From: Octopus bimaculoides | Lineage: Eukaryota | Assembly (NCBI RefSeq): GCF_001194135.2 | Contig: NC_068992.1 | Coordinates: 15,987,576-16,051,575, forward strand | DNA length: 64,000 bases | Direction: 5' to 3' | Shown: one piece after another, positions 1-14,128 of the stretch | Numbering within the stretch: position 1 is the stretch's first letter | Layout: the number at the start of each line of letters is the position of its first letter | Made by a program: the position numbers and the translations under genes | Notes under the pieces: generated by a model | Database searches by the model: none | What the model saw: the letters and a program-made list of their open reading frames with translations, nothing else | What the model was told of the DNA's origin: nothing

Positions 1-603
1 ATTTCCTGAACCAAATTGGAAATGCTTTAGTCTATACAATTATCTTATATAACATTTGTTTCCACATGAACATTAGGTAAAATTGCAAGGGCGCTATTTT
101 CTTCTACTGTTATATTGTGAATAGCTGTAATCAATAACTTAAATGTTTATTAAATTCTAATGAAGAAAGTAAAAATAAGTGACCTCATATTTGCGTGACA
201 ATTAAAGATAGGAAATGGGGAAAAGTACAAAAAAAAAAAGGCAAAACAAACATCACTATACCAGTTATAAGGGATGCAAATATGCATACGTGCATGTACG
301 GCTCCTACACACACACACACACATACACACACACACACACACACATACATGTCAGAGAAAGTGCAGAATTTAATACAGACACACACGTATACATCTATAC
401 TTATACATATGTATATGTATATGTATATGTATATACATATGTGTGTGTATGTGCGTGTTTGTAATGGAGATATGTATTAATGTTCCCATGTGGTACGCTT
501 GAACAATTGTAAAAGTTACTCTCATGAAGAAAGTGTTAGCGTTGTCGACCCACAAAGAAAGCAGTGTTGAGCACTCATTCACACTCTTCGATATTTGCGT
601 GTA

Positions 604-605
<2 letters not shown>

Positions 606-669
<64 letters not shown>
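606..669. repeat. (TATC)n microsatellite
   Basis: perfect tetranucleotide array. Confidence 0.97.
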
Positions 670-1365
670 CACAATTGACATTTTCTGTGATATACNNNNN
701 NNNNNNNNNNNNNNNNNNNNNNNNNNNNNNNNNNNNNNNNNNNNNNNNNNNNNNNNNNNNNNNNNNNNNNNNNNNNNNNNNNNNNNNNNNNNNNNNNNNN
801 NNNNNNNNNNNNNNNNNNNNNNNNNNNNNNNNNNNNNNNNNNNNNNNNNNNNNNNNNNNNNNNNNNNNNNNNNNNNNNNNNNNNNNNNNNNNNNNNNNNN
901 NNNNNNNNNNNNNNNNNNNNNNNNNNNNNNNNNNNNNNNNNNNNNNNNNNNNNNNNNNNNNNNNNNNNNNNNNNNNNNNNNNNNNNNNNNNNNNNNNNNN
1001 NNNNNNNNNNNNNNNNNNNNNNNNNNNNNNNNNNNNNNNNNNNNNNNNNNNNNNNNNNNNNNNNNNNNNNNNNNNNNNNNNNNNNNNNNNNNNNNNNNNN
1101 NNNNNNNNNNNNNNNNNNNNNNNNNNNNNNNNNNNNNNNNNNNNNNNNNNNNNNNNNNNNNNNNNNNNNNNNNNNNNNNNNNNNNNNNNNNNNNNNNNNN
1201 NNNNNNNNNNNNNNNNNNNNNNNNNNNNNNNNNNNNNNNNNNNNNNNNNNNNNNNNNNNNNNNNNNNNNNNNNNNNNNNNNNNNNNNNNNNNNNNNNNNN
1301 NNNNNNNNNNNNNNNNNNNNNNNNNNNNNNNNNNNNNNNNNNNNNNNNNNNNNNNNNNNTATATG

Positions 1366-1401
<36 letters not shown>

Positions 1402-3683
1402 TATATAAAGAATAATAATAAATGGAAAAGAAATCAAGCGATTACTAAGTTTTGAAGTGGTTAAGAGCTGCTTAGCTCAATCATTGATAGAAATGTAACG
1501 TTTACGTGGTGTTACCTTCGTCTGCTGAATAAAGGAATTAGATCCCTAAGAATATAGCACTTCTTTTATTCTTTAGCAAATTTTAGCCATTGGTGTAGGG
1601 CATGCCTGGAAACCACTTTCCAGGATCTTGAACGATTATATTGTACGAGAAATTTCTTAGATCGATCGAAATAAAAGGCAGAAATGCAATTCGAGTAACA
1701 GTGTATGGGGAGAATTTTTAAAAAGTGTCACAACTGTAATTTATTATCATCAATAATTAACGGAGTTTAGAGAGGAAAAGCGAAATGCTAATTGTAATAA
1801 TTAGAATATAATCCTATTACGAGTTAGCAGGAGCGGTACAAAGTTTCTCTCGGGGTTTGTTAGTATTCAAGGTCAATAAAATGACATGAATGACTATTTT
1901 GAACAAATTGCTTTAAGATGAAAAGCAAAAAAATATTTCCTTCAAGAAAGTTGATTTCCTCAGAATTTTAGCATCGTAATACTTTACTTAAGGAGTCATG
2001 GTGTTCTTCAAAAATATGCGCTTACAAATTTTAATATTTCATTTTTCTTCACTCTATGAATAACCATTTACCTAACGTACTCTACAAATTTACCGAATTC
2101 CTATAAATGTAATTTATAATAATTTGAAAGCATTTGTCCATATATAATATTTCAGGCACCTAGATACAGAATTGTATACTACCTGTTGGTGCATGCCTAC
2201 ATTCATTTTGATATATTATAACAGGAAAATCACGTATAGCATACAAACAACGTGTATTTATCTAACAATATTTTAACAACAACAGGGGAGATATATTTCT
2301 TTCATATGCGCATAAATATATTTTAACAATGTTGGGCAACGATACTAAGAAAATAAGAAAATATTTGAATTTTTTAAAATTTAGAGATTAATTGACTACG
2401 GCAAGCAATTTGAAATGTAATATATATATATGTGTGTGAGTAAAAATAAATACAAAAAAAGGGGTTTTGTATGATTGTGTATAGAGGAATATATTATTTT
2501 ATTTAAAAGAGTTCCAACTCTGTCTGTTTTTTATGTTTTATTTATATTCTTGTAAAATTAATGTGGGATATAGAATATGGAATATCCAATATATAATATA
2601 AAAATGGATGGTACAATGAAATAAAGTATTGAATGTCTTATTGAATATATGGAATATGTCTTATTGAATATATGAAATATTGAGTGTTCAATATAAAGGA
2701 TTAAATATATAAAGGCGAATACGTATTTTCTATACCTTTTGGTATTTTATCATGGCCGGTATGACAGACTTTAACAGACTGTAATAGACTGGCTGGTTTT
2801 CTGTCTTTTNNNNNNNNNNNNNNNNNNNNNNNNNNNNNNNNNNNNNNNNNNNNNNNNNNNNNNNNNNNNNNNNNNNNNNNNNNNNNNNNNNNNNNNNNNN
2901 NNNNNNNNNNNNNNNNNNNNNNNNNNNNNNNNNNNNNNNNNNNNNNNNNNNNNNNNNNNNNNNNNNNNNNNNNNNNNNNNNNNNNNNNNNNNNNNNNNNN
3001 NNNNNNNNNNNNNNNNNNNNNNNNNNNNNNNNNNNNNNNNNNNNNNNNNNNNNNNNNNNNNNNNNNNNNNNNNNNNNNNNNNNNNNNNNNNNNNNNNNNN
3101 NNNNNNNNNNNNNNNNNNNNNNNNNNNNNNNNNNNNNNNNNNNNNNNNNNNNNNNNNNNNNNNNNNNNNNNNNNNNNNNNNNNNNNNNNNNNNNNNNNNN
3201 NNNNNNNNNNNNNNNNNNNNNNNNNNNNNNNNNNNNNNNNNNNNNNNNNNNNNNNNNNNNNNNNNNNNNNNNNNNNNNNNNNNNNNNNNNNNNNNNNNNN
3301 NNNNNNNNNNNNNNNNNNNNNNNNNNNNNNNNNNNNNNNNNNNNNNNNNNNNNNNNNNNNNNNNNNNNNNNNNNNNNNNNNNNNNNNNNNNNNNNNNNNN
3401 NNNNNNNNNNNNNNNNNNNNNNNNNNNNNNNNNNNNNNNNNNNNNNNNNNNNNNNNNNNNNNNNNNNNNNNNNNNNNNNNNNNNNNNNNNNNNNNNNNNN
3501 NNNNNNNNNNNNNNNNNNNNNNNNNNNNNNNNNNNNNNNNNNNNNNNNNNNNNNNNNNNNNNNNNNNNNNNNNNNNNNNNNNNNNNNNNNNNNNNNNNNN
3601 NNNNNNNNNNNNNNNNNNNNNNNNNNNNNNNNNNNNNNNNNNNNNNNNNNNNNNNNNNNNNNNNNNNNNNNNNNNNNNNNNNN

Positions 3684-4003
3684 TCAAGTATTGGTGTGTG
3701 TCTGTGTGTTTGTAATATATATCTGTGGTAATGGCGGTGTTCTTTTTAACTACCATTATATCTAGAAATGGTAATTTGCTACTGCTCATCTCCTTTGTAA
3801 ATTGGATGGATGGGTGTAGGTTGTTCAGGAGGGTGTTGAATTCTTCCACAGTGCTTTGAGGTTTGGTCCAGATTATAAAGCAATCGTCCAGGTATCTCTT
3901 CCATGCTTTTTCTATAAACTTCCTAAATTCGGTGTTATATCTCTCCTCTATTTCCTGGTAGAGTTTTTGTTCCAAGTAACCCATCACCGAATTATTCGCA
4001 TAA
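3684..4003 (-). mobile_element. Penelope-like element (PLE) reverse transcriptase fragment, truncated by a gap
   Basis: minus-strand translation YAN..VMGYLEQ...WKRYLDDCFIIW...LNNLHPSIQFTKE...KLPFLDIMV...TTDIYYKHTDTHQYL contains the YxDD motif and the PLE-typical HPxIxFT, LPFLD and YxKxT motifs. Confidence 0.92.
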
Positions 4004-4224
4004 ACGACAACCCAGATACACCACCTTAACATTAGCTGCTCCTGTATGCTGGCAACTTCACAGCTAAGAACTGGGCCCCTCACCACCAATGACTATGCAG
4101 ACTGCAACCTTATGCATCCGCTGCAACCACACGCATTCGCTGCTACAAACGTGGCGTATACACAGAACGGCGCACATACGTATCTATGTGCTCACACCTA
4201 TACGTGCACACACGAATACCTATG

Positions 4225-4275
<51 letters not shown>

Positions 4276-4374
4276 CTATGTATGTACGGACTCCTTCTTT
4301 CCCTCCCCCACACCACAAAACCTCAGTCATACGCCTAATCCTTTCCCCCCACCCAACAATTTCTGTGCACTAAA

Positions 4375-4492
4375 TTCACTCACAAGACATTGGTCGGTCT
4401 GGGGCTATCGTAGAAGGCACTTCCGTAAGCTGTCGTGCAGTGGAACTGAATCCATGACCAATGACCTGCCTGCATAGCTGCTTAATTACCAT
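4375..4492 (-). mobile_element. SINE family A, head fragment
   Basis: degenerate reverse complement of the head/central region seen at 11960-12450 and 30825-31216. Confidence 0.6.
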
Positions 4493-5408
4493 CCGTTTCT
4501 TTGTTTACTAGACGTTCACTTTTTATATCTAACACATGAAGTGTCTACATATTAGCTGCATCATTATGCTGTGACGAAATACTGCAATATAATGAAATAT
4601 ATAGGCAGTATGAGCATACAGTAATCATCGCAAGATGGCCAAACACTCATATTCATATCGTTTCCATTTAATCGAATACTTTCACCAAGAATGGCGACAT
4701 TTCCTTGTATTCATTAAATTTAAAACATTCCATTAAATAGCAACACATTTAAATGGAAAATGAATCCATAGTTTTGTTGGTTTAATAAAAAAAAGAAATG
4801 ATTATGAAAAAGTAAAGGTAGAAGTTTAAATAATCAACGCGAAATATAAAAATAAATATATAAATTCTTATAAACGAAGTTAGCTTTCAAAGTCGAATAA
4901 ATAAACTAAAATAATTATACACGCAAACATATGCCCATATATATATATATATATATATATATGTATNNNNNNNNNNNNNNNNNNNNNNNNNNNNNNNNNN
5001 NNNNNNNNNNNNNNNNNNNNNNNNNNNNNNNNNNNNNNNNNNNNNNNNNNNNNNNNNNNNNNNNNNNNNNNNNNNNNNNNNNNNNNNNNNNNNNNNNNNN
5101 NNNNNNNNNNNNNNNNNNNNNNNNNNNNNNNNNNNNNNNNNNNNNNNNNNNNNNNNNNNNNNNNNNNNNNNNNNNNNNNNNNNNNNNNNNNNNNNNNNNN
5201 NNNNNNNNNNNNNNNNNNNNNNNNNNNNNNNNNNNNNNNNNNNNNNNNNNNNNNNNNNNNNNNNNNNNNNNNNNNNNNNNNNNNNNNNNNNNNNNNNNNN
5301 NNNNNNNNNNNNNNNNNNNNNNNNNNNNNNNNNNNNNNNNNNNNNNNNNNNNNNNNNNNNNNNNNNNNNNNNNNNNNNNNNNNNNNNNNNNNNNNNNNNN
5401 NNNNNNNN

Positions 5409-5440
<32 letters not shown>

Positions 5441-6600
5441 AAAACACATATATACATGTGTACATACATGCATACACACATGCGCATATACATACATCCT
5501 TACACACATTTATATATGCATCTATACTGACGGCTTCGCAATGTGATGTCGTGTCATGTTATGAAGCTTGTAAGGATTGAATTTCCACCGCTGACGTTTA
5601 TTGCAGCAGCAATGTTTTTCAATGGAGTTATGTATTCTAACTTTCATTTTCTTGTTTTTCTCTTTCTGCGCGCTCTTTACATTACCGAAGTCTCTTTCAT
5701 CCTCTCACTTTCACGCAGAAAACTCTCCGTGTAAATTAATACTTTATTCGTTCGTTAACGTCTTAAGAGTCGCATGGTTAAGAGGATGAAATGGAAAGTA
5801 TACATCCACGTATATCTTAAACATTAATTCTAACGAACAGATTCAGCTATTTATTATTTAATGATCAAAACTATATATCCACACGTTGTTAGTTTTGCTT
5901 TTTAAGGAATAAATGAATGCGATTGAGACTACTATGGCTTCTTGACTAATATTATATTGGCGCCACGACCCAGAATTCAGCATAGATATCCGGTCATCAC
6001 CTTTATTGCTGTTGTTGCTGTTTAGACTTCGAATGCAATCCAACTTTGATCTATCGGATCTGTGGTGCTAGGTATATCAGGCATTAATATGCAATGCATT
6101 ACACTGTTGTCTGATGTTGGAGACATGTTTCCTACTAATTCGAGGATGCTGATTTCAAAAATGAAATCCATTTGGCTCTATCACGTCAAGTTTTTTCACA
6201 AACTGAAATGTCCAGTTTTCAATATTTCTGGTATTGTCACCACTTCCAAGGATAGAATTGACTTCATCAAATACGGGCTCATGTATGGAGCTTGATATAA
6301 CTTTGAAAACATAGTTTTCAATATCATTTAAAGTAAATACAACTACAAAAGTGAAAACAAAAGTTATGATTTAAGTATTAATAAATAAAAGTGTCAAACT
6401 TGAGTATAACTCAGTATTTTCAACCTAACCAGTTTCAAATGTCATGATGATGACAGAAATTAGTTGTTAAGAAACAACATATTTTTGTGGCTCAGTAGAT
6501 ACCCTCTGACTAGAGCTCCACCATTAAGCTCAGCCATATATCTACAATGTTATATTTATATACGGCAGGAAGATAGTATTTACTGCAGGATGATAGTATT

Positions 6601-6836
6601 TAAGGCGGCGAGCTGGTAGCATCGTTAGAACTCGGGGCGAAATGCTTAGCGGTATTTCGTCTGCCGCTACGTTCTGAGTTCAAATTTTGCCGAGGTCGAC
6701 TTTGCCTTTCATCCTTTCGGGGTCGATAAATTAAGTACCAGTTACGCACTGGGGTCGATGTAATCGACTTAATCCCTTTGTCTGCCCTTGTTTGTCCTCT
6801 CTATGTTTAGCCCCTTGTAGGTAATAAAGAAATAAG
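6601..6836 (+). mobile_element. SINE family B (tRNA-like head, ~230 bp), near full length
   Basis: AAGGCGGCGAGCTGG...GAGTTCAAATT (A/B-box-like)...GGGGTCGATAAATTAAGTACCAG; more than 10 similar copies in the window. Confidence 0.88.
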
Positions 6837-8894
6837 TATTTACTGCAATAAACAAGGACATCGGGAAATTAAGGTGTATCTTGTTTATTTGCGATATAAG
6901 GTTGAAATGTTGACAACAGTAATTATGTTTTAAACCCATGTCAGCTCTGAAGAAGCAAATTCTGGACCAAAATCTCTCCAGCAGAAAATAATTCATTCTT
7001 TCTTAGATATTTTCCAGCTTGTTACCTCACTTTTTCAGTTAATAACACAACGTATTGTGTTATTTTATTACCTGAAAGTGCTTTAGATGCCCTTTTGTAG
7101 CTGGTGAAGTGACCGTTTAGTTGTTGCTTGTCGTCATGTTAACACCGATGGAACAAAACTATGACCATTGTCATAAGTCGTGACATATTCGTCGTTTTAC
7201 AATACATCTATAACGACCAAAACAATTGTCATTTTTTTTTCTAAAAGTGTAATGGCATTTGGAACGTTTGGTTTTTGTTTCTAGCAGAGCGAGAGGGGAA
7301 GTTAAAGCTGTCATGATTCACTCTGCAATGTAGTCAGGGACATTACCATTGAGCAGCTTGCAGTGGGTATGTATTGAAAATCTAGGGAATAAAATAACTT
7401 TTCCTCGACAATCTGGTGTTTACTCGGTGTAAAACCTATGAGAACGATATCTTTATTGATGTTCCACCAATAATACTGCTCTTAAATTTATTCCCTCTAG
7501 CATCAGAAAGGAATTTGTTCGGTTAGGACCTATATTTACTCCATGACACCTATTTTAGTTAGGTACACGAGGCGTGTTTGAATTGAATAGCTTGATGAAG
7601 AACACTGAAAATAGCGGAGTTGTTTGTTCGAAAGAAAAATTGATTTATTATGCGTTCCTTTCTCATCCAGTTGCTTTTTCTTCAACAAGTAACAATGCAT
7701 TTAGCTGCTATAAATTACATTTGCTTTCTCATTTTACATATAGAGAGTTTCATTACACTTTCTAATAACTAACACCAAGAAAAGAGATATTTCAAAGCAA
7801 AATACATAAACGGATTTCAATTGTCATTTAGCACAGTATAGAACAACAAACAGATTTCGGGCCTATAATGAAAGAAATAATTCATATATATATANNNNNN
7901 NNNNNNNNNNNNTATATATACTTGTATTTGTGTGTGTATGTATACGTTTATATATTTTATATATTTCGGAAGAATCATAATTAATAAACCCAATAAATAC
8001 AACAACGTCAATTGTTGTTTGTCAAAATTTCACTCATTTTTTTTTTCTTTTCATTTTCCAAAGCAGTTGTTCTATGTTTATGTCCTCCAAAATATGTTTC
8101 CCTACACCAATCTGTAACCTTTCCAATGTTTACCCATTTTTTCTTTGAAATTCTTCGTACTTAGTTCTTCAACATATTTTCCTGTTGTTACATTTCCATT
8201 GTTGTAACCATGTGAGCTAATGAGGATTTTGGTTACTTACTCAGTTTCTTTTGTTGTTGCTGACATCACAACACAACGTGCGCACGTGTTTGTTTGTTTG
8301 TTTGTTTGTGTTTGTGTGTGTGTGTGTGTGATAGCTTAAGTTCTGTTATTTTACATATCCAATTCTTCTTCTTGTAATGTGTTTGGTGATGGGTTGTTGT
8401 ACATGGTGCCGACATTTTTGCTTGCTTTGCAAGGCGAATAGAAGAACCATGGCTATTTCTTTTTCTGTGGTAGCAGAAATGGAGAAAAAATATTATGTGA
8501 AAAGCAGAATAGCAAATAAAGATGAGCCCTGTAGCTGGACACAGAAAATATATAGCATCAAGCTCTTGTATCTACATATAGAATCCTTTTCCATCCTATT
8601 CACATAAAGCTTGGCTTCAAACAACAATTATTTACAGATTAAAATGGCAATAGTGAAATCCATGCCAGCTCGAAATCTCTACTAGTTATAATTTTTCCGA
8701 CGAGTGAATATCACCATATAGTATAGAGTTCCTCGCATGTCTGCTTTCCAGTCTGTCTGTCTGTCTCTTTCTCTCTGTATATCTCTCTCACTTCTCTCTC
8801 TCTCACTCTCTCTCACTCTCTCACTCTCTCACTCTCTCACTCTCTCTATATATCTTCATGCGTGTTTGTGTGTACGTATTTTATCTTTCAACTT

Positions 8895-9265
8895 TTGTTT
8901 GTTTCAGTCATTTGACTGCAACCATGCCGGACCACTGCCTTGAAGAATTTCAGTCGAACGAATTTACTCCGGTATTTATTTCACAAGCCTAACATTTATT
9001 GTATCGGTCTCTTTAGCCGAACTGCCAGTTAACGGGGTTGTAAACTAACACCAGTTGTCAAGTGTTGATAATGGACACATTTACACACATACAAAAACAT
9101 TTTATATATATATACGACGGGCCTCTTTCAGTATCCGTTTTCCAAATCCAATCAGTGGTGCAGTAGTGGAAGACGCTTACGCAATGTAATACACAGCGGG
9201 ACTGAACACAGTGTCATATGGTTGAGAAGCAAATTTCTTACCACACAGTCACGTCTGTGCCTATG
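8895..9265 (-). mobile_element. SINE family A, near full length
   Basis: reverse complement of the family A head, central region and CAGTC-AAAT-GACTG-AAAC tail. Confidence 0.8.
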
Positions 9266-10641
9266 TGCATACGCTTTATATGTGAGATACGCACATGTAT
9301 GAATATAGCCCCTCATGCTCAAAGTTTGAAGTCAATAAATGCCAGAACACTCACAGTCCAATATAGTATTGTCTATACTTTTTGTTTGAAGAATATCACA
9401 TTTCCATCTTCGCAATAGATTTTGAATAGATTACCTTAGAAGATATTTTGGTCTTTTATTTACGATGGAGAACTCAAAAATTCTTCAGCAATACGGAAAT
9501 GTCTTTTGACTTTTCTTTATATGTTAAACCTTTGTCAATATATTACCTAGGTTCATAAGCATGATATATATTTATGTCATGCATTCTGACAATTTTACAT
9601 AGTTTTCCAGTTAACTATTCAAGTCCATAAGATTGTGAAATATTGGTATATCGATAAGCAATTTATAAGGTATTGTCAGAAAGAATAGCATACAGAATGA
9701 AGATCAATTTTCCTCTATTCTAGACTGCTAACCACAATACAATTAGGCTTGGCAAATATATACCTGATACTCACTTTTAATGCAGAATTAATACAGAGAT
9801 AAACTCTCATAGGATATATTTCTTTTACTTCTGCTTAGCATAATTTAGATTGTTCATTCCCTATCATACACACTCAGAGGGACACAGGCACATATATACA
9901 CGCACACACACATAGAAGCACATACACAGATGTCTACCTGTGTTTATGTACATCTATGTGTGTTGAACTTTGTATGTTTTTATTTAATGTATCTCGTATT
10001 ACGTAAATTTGTCAAGGTGAAAATTATGTTCAGAATAACTGTTGTTTCACCCCCCTTTCCTTATCTGAATGAGATCATTGAAGACATGAAGTCGCTGAGA
10101 CTAATATATCATGTCAATTGAATAAAGATTATCAACGATTATTCAATGTCACGATAAACTATCTCTAAAATAAATGTGTCACTCAGAATGTTCATCATCA
10201 GCAGCTGGAGAAGTATTTGATGCAGGGCTGTTACGATTTATCTTGATAAATCAGTGTCGCCCTTTGAGCTCATGCGAAATCCACCCATAAATAATATTTT
10301 TCAGGAATTTGTAAACTTAGATAATGAAAGACTCGGAGTTCACCGAGTCATGCCACACACTTACATCAATTTGTCGTAAGGAAAATGTCAGCGATTATAT
10401 ATTACTTCTGTTATCAACAACTAGTTTAAACATAGTTGTTAAAAGTTTAGAACATGCATTTTAAAAATTATTCTTAAAAGTTTAATGAATTCAGATTGTG
10501 TTCATATTAAAGAATCATTAATATAACACACAAGCAGTTGCGGCTGGCTGTGACAAACACAGACACAAAAACGCACACACAAACACATACACGGATAAGC
10601 GCACAGACAGACAGTCAGACAGACAGACAGACAGACAGACA

Positions 10642-10683
<42 letters not shown>

Positions 10684-10741
10684 GACGCACACTTTCAGGT
10701 TTTCACTTTCTCTCTCTCTCTCACACACAGATATATGATAC

Positions 10742-10865
10742 GACCGTCTTCCACGTAGTGAATTCATTCACAAAGCATTGGTCAGCCCGGATCTATAGTA
10801 GGAAACAGTTACCCAAAGCACTACGAAGAAGAGATCTTGAAGCCACGTGGTTGCAGGGTGAGCTA
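10742..10865 (-). mobile_element. SINE family A, head fragment
   Basis: degenerate match to the family A head (CACAAAGCATTGGTCAGCCCGG...). Confidence 0.55.
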
Positions 10866-10904
10866 TTTAACCAGAGGCATACTCATGATATTTGCAATAT
10901 ATAA

Positions 10905-11119
10905 TCCTTTATATTGTAGGCACAAGTCCTGATGTTTGCGGGAAGGGGATAAATCGATTTCATCGACCCCAGTGCGTAACTGGTATTTATTTAATCGACC
11001 TCGAAAGGACGAAAAGCAAAGTCGAACCCGACGGAATTTGTACTCAGAACGTGGAGGCATACGAAATACCGTTAAGCATTTCGCCGGACGTGCTAACGAT
11101 TCTGCCAGCTCACCGCCAT
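10905..11119 (-). mobile_element. SINE family B
   Basis: reverse complement of the 6601-6836 copy (CATCGACCCCAGTGCGTAACTGGTA...TCTGCCAGCTCACCGCC). Confidence 0.88.
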
Positions 11120-11822
11120 ATTTACAATCACTTTTATCTCTTTTATTTGTTTCACTCTTTTGAATTGAATTAAACAAAAGTCGACATGCATTAATATCAC
11201 TTTTCACAGTGTACGTGCGTTTAGTTTCTCAGGTCACACGTGACCTCATACGCGGTACATTTTGTTGCACATACACAATCACCCACCCAAAGTAACACCC
11301 AAGTTTTCACATTACACACTTAAGAAACGTACAGATCAACATTAGACGCCACTCCACATACTAGCGCCGCCAAATTAATAACTGACATCTATACACATTC
11401 ATACATCCTACAAAACACAGTTGCTAAAACCATTTTCTTGCTGTCTGCTAAACCATTATTCTGACACATGCATCTTCATAACCACTTGCAGCTCCCTTCC
11501 TGATATCACTTTATAGAATAACATTCTGACTGATATTTATCCCATCAATTTGCCTTCACTATCTCATTCCACTAATTAATATACCATGTTAAATTATTCG
11601 ACAGTCATCCTTTCTCGCCTTTCTTTCTCTCTTTTTATCTGATTCTTTACTTCCTGAAGAAGGATTAATGTACGAAACGGCAAATCAATATCGAATTCGA
11701 TGTACATTGTTCTTTGCTTTTTTGCGCTCTTCTCTTTACATGTAGCCATTCTTTACTTTAGAACTTTAACAGACATATATTTGTATACATATGTATATTT
11801 GCTCACTTATACATGTGCTTCA

Positions 11823-11853
<31 letters not shown>

Positions 11854-11959
11854 TGTGTGTGTGTGTACGTGTGTGCATGCGTGCGTGCGTGCATGCATGT
11901 ATGTATATATGTATGTATATGTGTATGTATTTATGTATGTATGTATGTATGTATGTATA

Positions 11960-12108
11960 GGCGCAGGAGTGACTGTGTGGAAGAAGCATGCTTCCCAACC
12001 AAATGGTTCCGGGTACAATCCCACTGCGTGGCATCTCGACAGAGTGTCTTCTACTATAACATCGGGCCGACCAATGCCTTGTGAAACGGAAACTGGAAGA
12101 GGCCCGTT

Positions 12109-12160
<52 letters not shown>

Positions 12161-12450
12161 ACACACACACACACATACATACACACACATACACACACAC
12201 ACACATACACGCACACACACACAGACACACACATGTATTTGTGTGTCTGTATTTGTCCTGCCACCATAGCCTGAACCGAAGTTAGTGTGTTTACGTCTTT
12301 GTATTCTAGTGGTTCAGCAAAACAGACCGATAGAATAAGTACTAGGCTTCTAGAAAATAAGTCGTGGGGACGATTTGTTCGACTAAAGGTGGTGCTCCAG
12401 CATGGCTGCAGTCAAATGAGTGAAACAAGTAAAAGAATAAAAGAATATAT
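11960..12450 (+). mobile_element. SINE family A, full length with internal (CA)n
   Basis: tRNA-like head (GGTTCCGGGTACAATCCCACTGCG), CCGACCAATGCCTTGTG, internal microsatellite, tail GGTGCTCCAGCATGGCTGCAGTCAAATGAGTGAAAC followed by (TAAAAGAA)n. Confidence 0.88.
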
Positions 12451-12911
12451 ATATGAATATGTGTGGGTATATGTATATGTTTATATATATATATATATAT
12501 ATNNNNNNNNNNNNNNNNNNNNNNNNNNNNNNNNNNNNNNNNNNNNNNNNNNNNNNNNNNNNNNNNNNNNNNNNNNNNNNNNNNNNNNNNNNNNNNNNNN
12601 NNNNNNNNNNNNNNNNNNNNNNNNNNNNNNNNNNNNNNNNNNNNNNNNNNNNNNNNNNNNNNNNNNNNNNNNNNNNNNNNNNNNNNNNNNNNNNNNNNNN
12701 NNNNNNNNNNNNNNNNNNNNNNNNNNNNNNNNNNNNNNNNNNNNNNNNNNNNNNNNNNNNNNNNNNNNNNNNNNNNNNNNNNNNNNNNNNNNNNNNNNNN
12801 NNNNNNNNNNNNNNNNNNNNNNNNNNNNNNNNNNNNNNNNNNNNNNNNNNNNNNNNNNNNNNNNNNNNNNNNNNNNNNNNNNNNNNNNNNNNNNNNNNNN
12901 NNNNNNNNNNN

Positions 12912-12958
<47 letters not shown>

Positions 12959-13734
12959 TATATGCATAAACATACATACACACACACGCGCGCGCGAATA
13001 CACACACACAAGCACAAACATTTTTACACATGCATGGACTTACGTGTATTTACTCATAAATTATGTACTGATTTAGAGGTGAACTGCACAACTAATGCGA
13101 ATATTTAATTCCGTTAATCATAAGCAAAACGTTCGTGCAAAACTCGTCGGAAATTTCCAAATTCTCTTTTCAGATTATAGCTAAACATTTGCATTCATAA
13201 TGAATGGCAAACATGGTTATGTGAGAAAGTGTTGAAATTATAATCTCAGAAAGCTGCAGTTTTCAAGCAAAGAAACACAAATTCTACAAATTCAATTTCC
13301 AAGTGCAAAAGCGAAAATATGAAACAATTCTTTTAAACTAAATAGATAACACTTTAATGTAGTTTTTACCTAAATGCCAACGATTGCATTCTGTTGTTTA
13401 GGTGGAAACCAATTCTTTTGCGTAGGATTATACAGAAAGTTGAAAAAAAAAAGGCTATCATATATGAACATTCGCATAAATGCACAACATATTCATACAT
13501 GCATAAGTACATATGAATATATACGTAAGTAGGTACGGATATGCATATATATGGACATACATACACTCATATACACAAACGTCCATATATACTCACATTC
13601 CTACACCTATATACATACATACGTGCCTAATTACACACATATTCGCGGTCACGTGTGCACGTCTATCTATCTATCTATCTATCTATCTGTATGTGCGAAT
13701 GTGCGCGCCTGTGTGTGTAATTTCCATAGGAGTG

Positions 13735-13875
13735 CCCAATTATAAGAAGCCTCTACCGCAATCACGTTTCCAGATCCAGTCTCATACCGTGGCGACTTCG
13801 GGCAAGTGTCTTATACTATAAACCTAGCCGAAAAAAGGCTTGTGATTGGATTTGGTAGTCGAAAACCGTCGAACA
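13735..13875 (+). mobile_element. SINE family A, head fragment
   Basis: ...GGCGACTTCGGGCAAGTGTCTTATACTATAAACC...GGATTTGGTAG, followed by (CATA)n. Confidence 0.7.
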
Positions 13876-13955
13876 TATACACACATACATACATACATAC
13901 ATACATAATACATACATACATACATACATACACATATACATACATACATACATAG

Positions 13956-13989
<34 letters not shown>

Positions 13990-13992
<3 letters not shown>

Positions 13993-14128
13993 CTATTCTT
14001 TTATACGTTTCAGCCTTGAGGCTGCGGCCACGCTGGGGCACCAACAGTAAAACCAAGGCACCAGGTGATTCGAACCCTCGACCTCCAGTTTAGTAGACTG
14101 GCGCGCTAAGTAACTGAGCTATGGATCC
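13990..14128 (-). mobile_element. short SINE: tRNA-Thr(AGT)-derived head plus the LINE-type 3' tail shared with family A
   Basis: 14055-14128 reverse complement GGATCCATAGCTCAGTT...CCAGT-CTACTAA-ACTGG-AGGTC-GAGGG-TTCGAAT...GGTGCCT is cloverleaf-like with broken acceptor and T stems and resembles eukaryotic tRNA-Thr(AGT); it is followed by GGTGCCCCAGCGTGGCCGCAGCCTCAAGGCTGAAAC. Confidence 0.8.

Noticed and set aside
5858-6340. Protein-like minus-strand frame with stops (..IENWTFQFVKKLDV..)
   Set aside because: I considered a Polinton-type polB remnant, but the downstream motifs do not match; unsupported without a search.
7041-7064. Short perfect hairpins (also 18616-18647, ~33563-33581, ~10330-10349)
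   Set aside because: Stems of 7-11 bp are expected by chance in AT-rich DNA, and no CTRR Helitron end or other supporting context was found.
12385-12440. HDV-like ribozyme in the family A tail
   Set aside because: P1, P1.1 and P2 could not be assembled; a simple LINE-type 3' stem-loop explains it.
14055-14128. Functional tRNA gene (ACT anticodon)
   Set aside because: The acceptor and T stems are broken and the sequence runs straight into a SINE tail; it is a SINE head.
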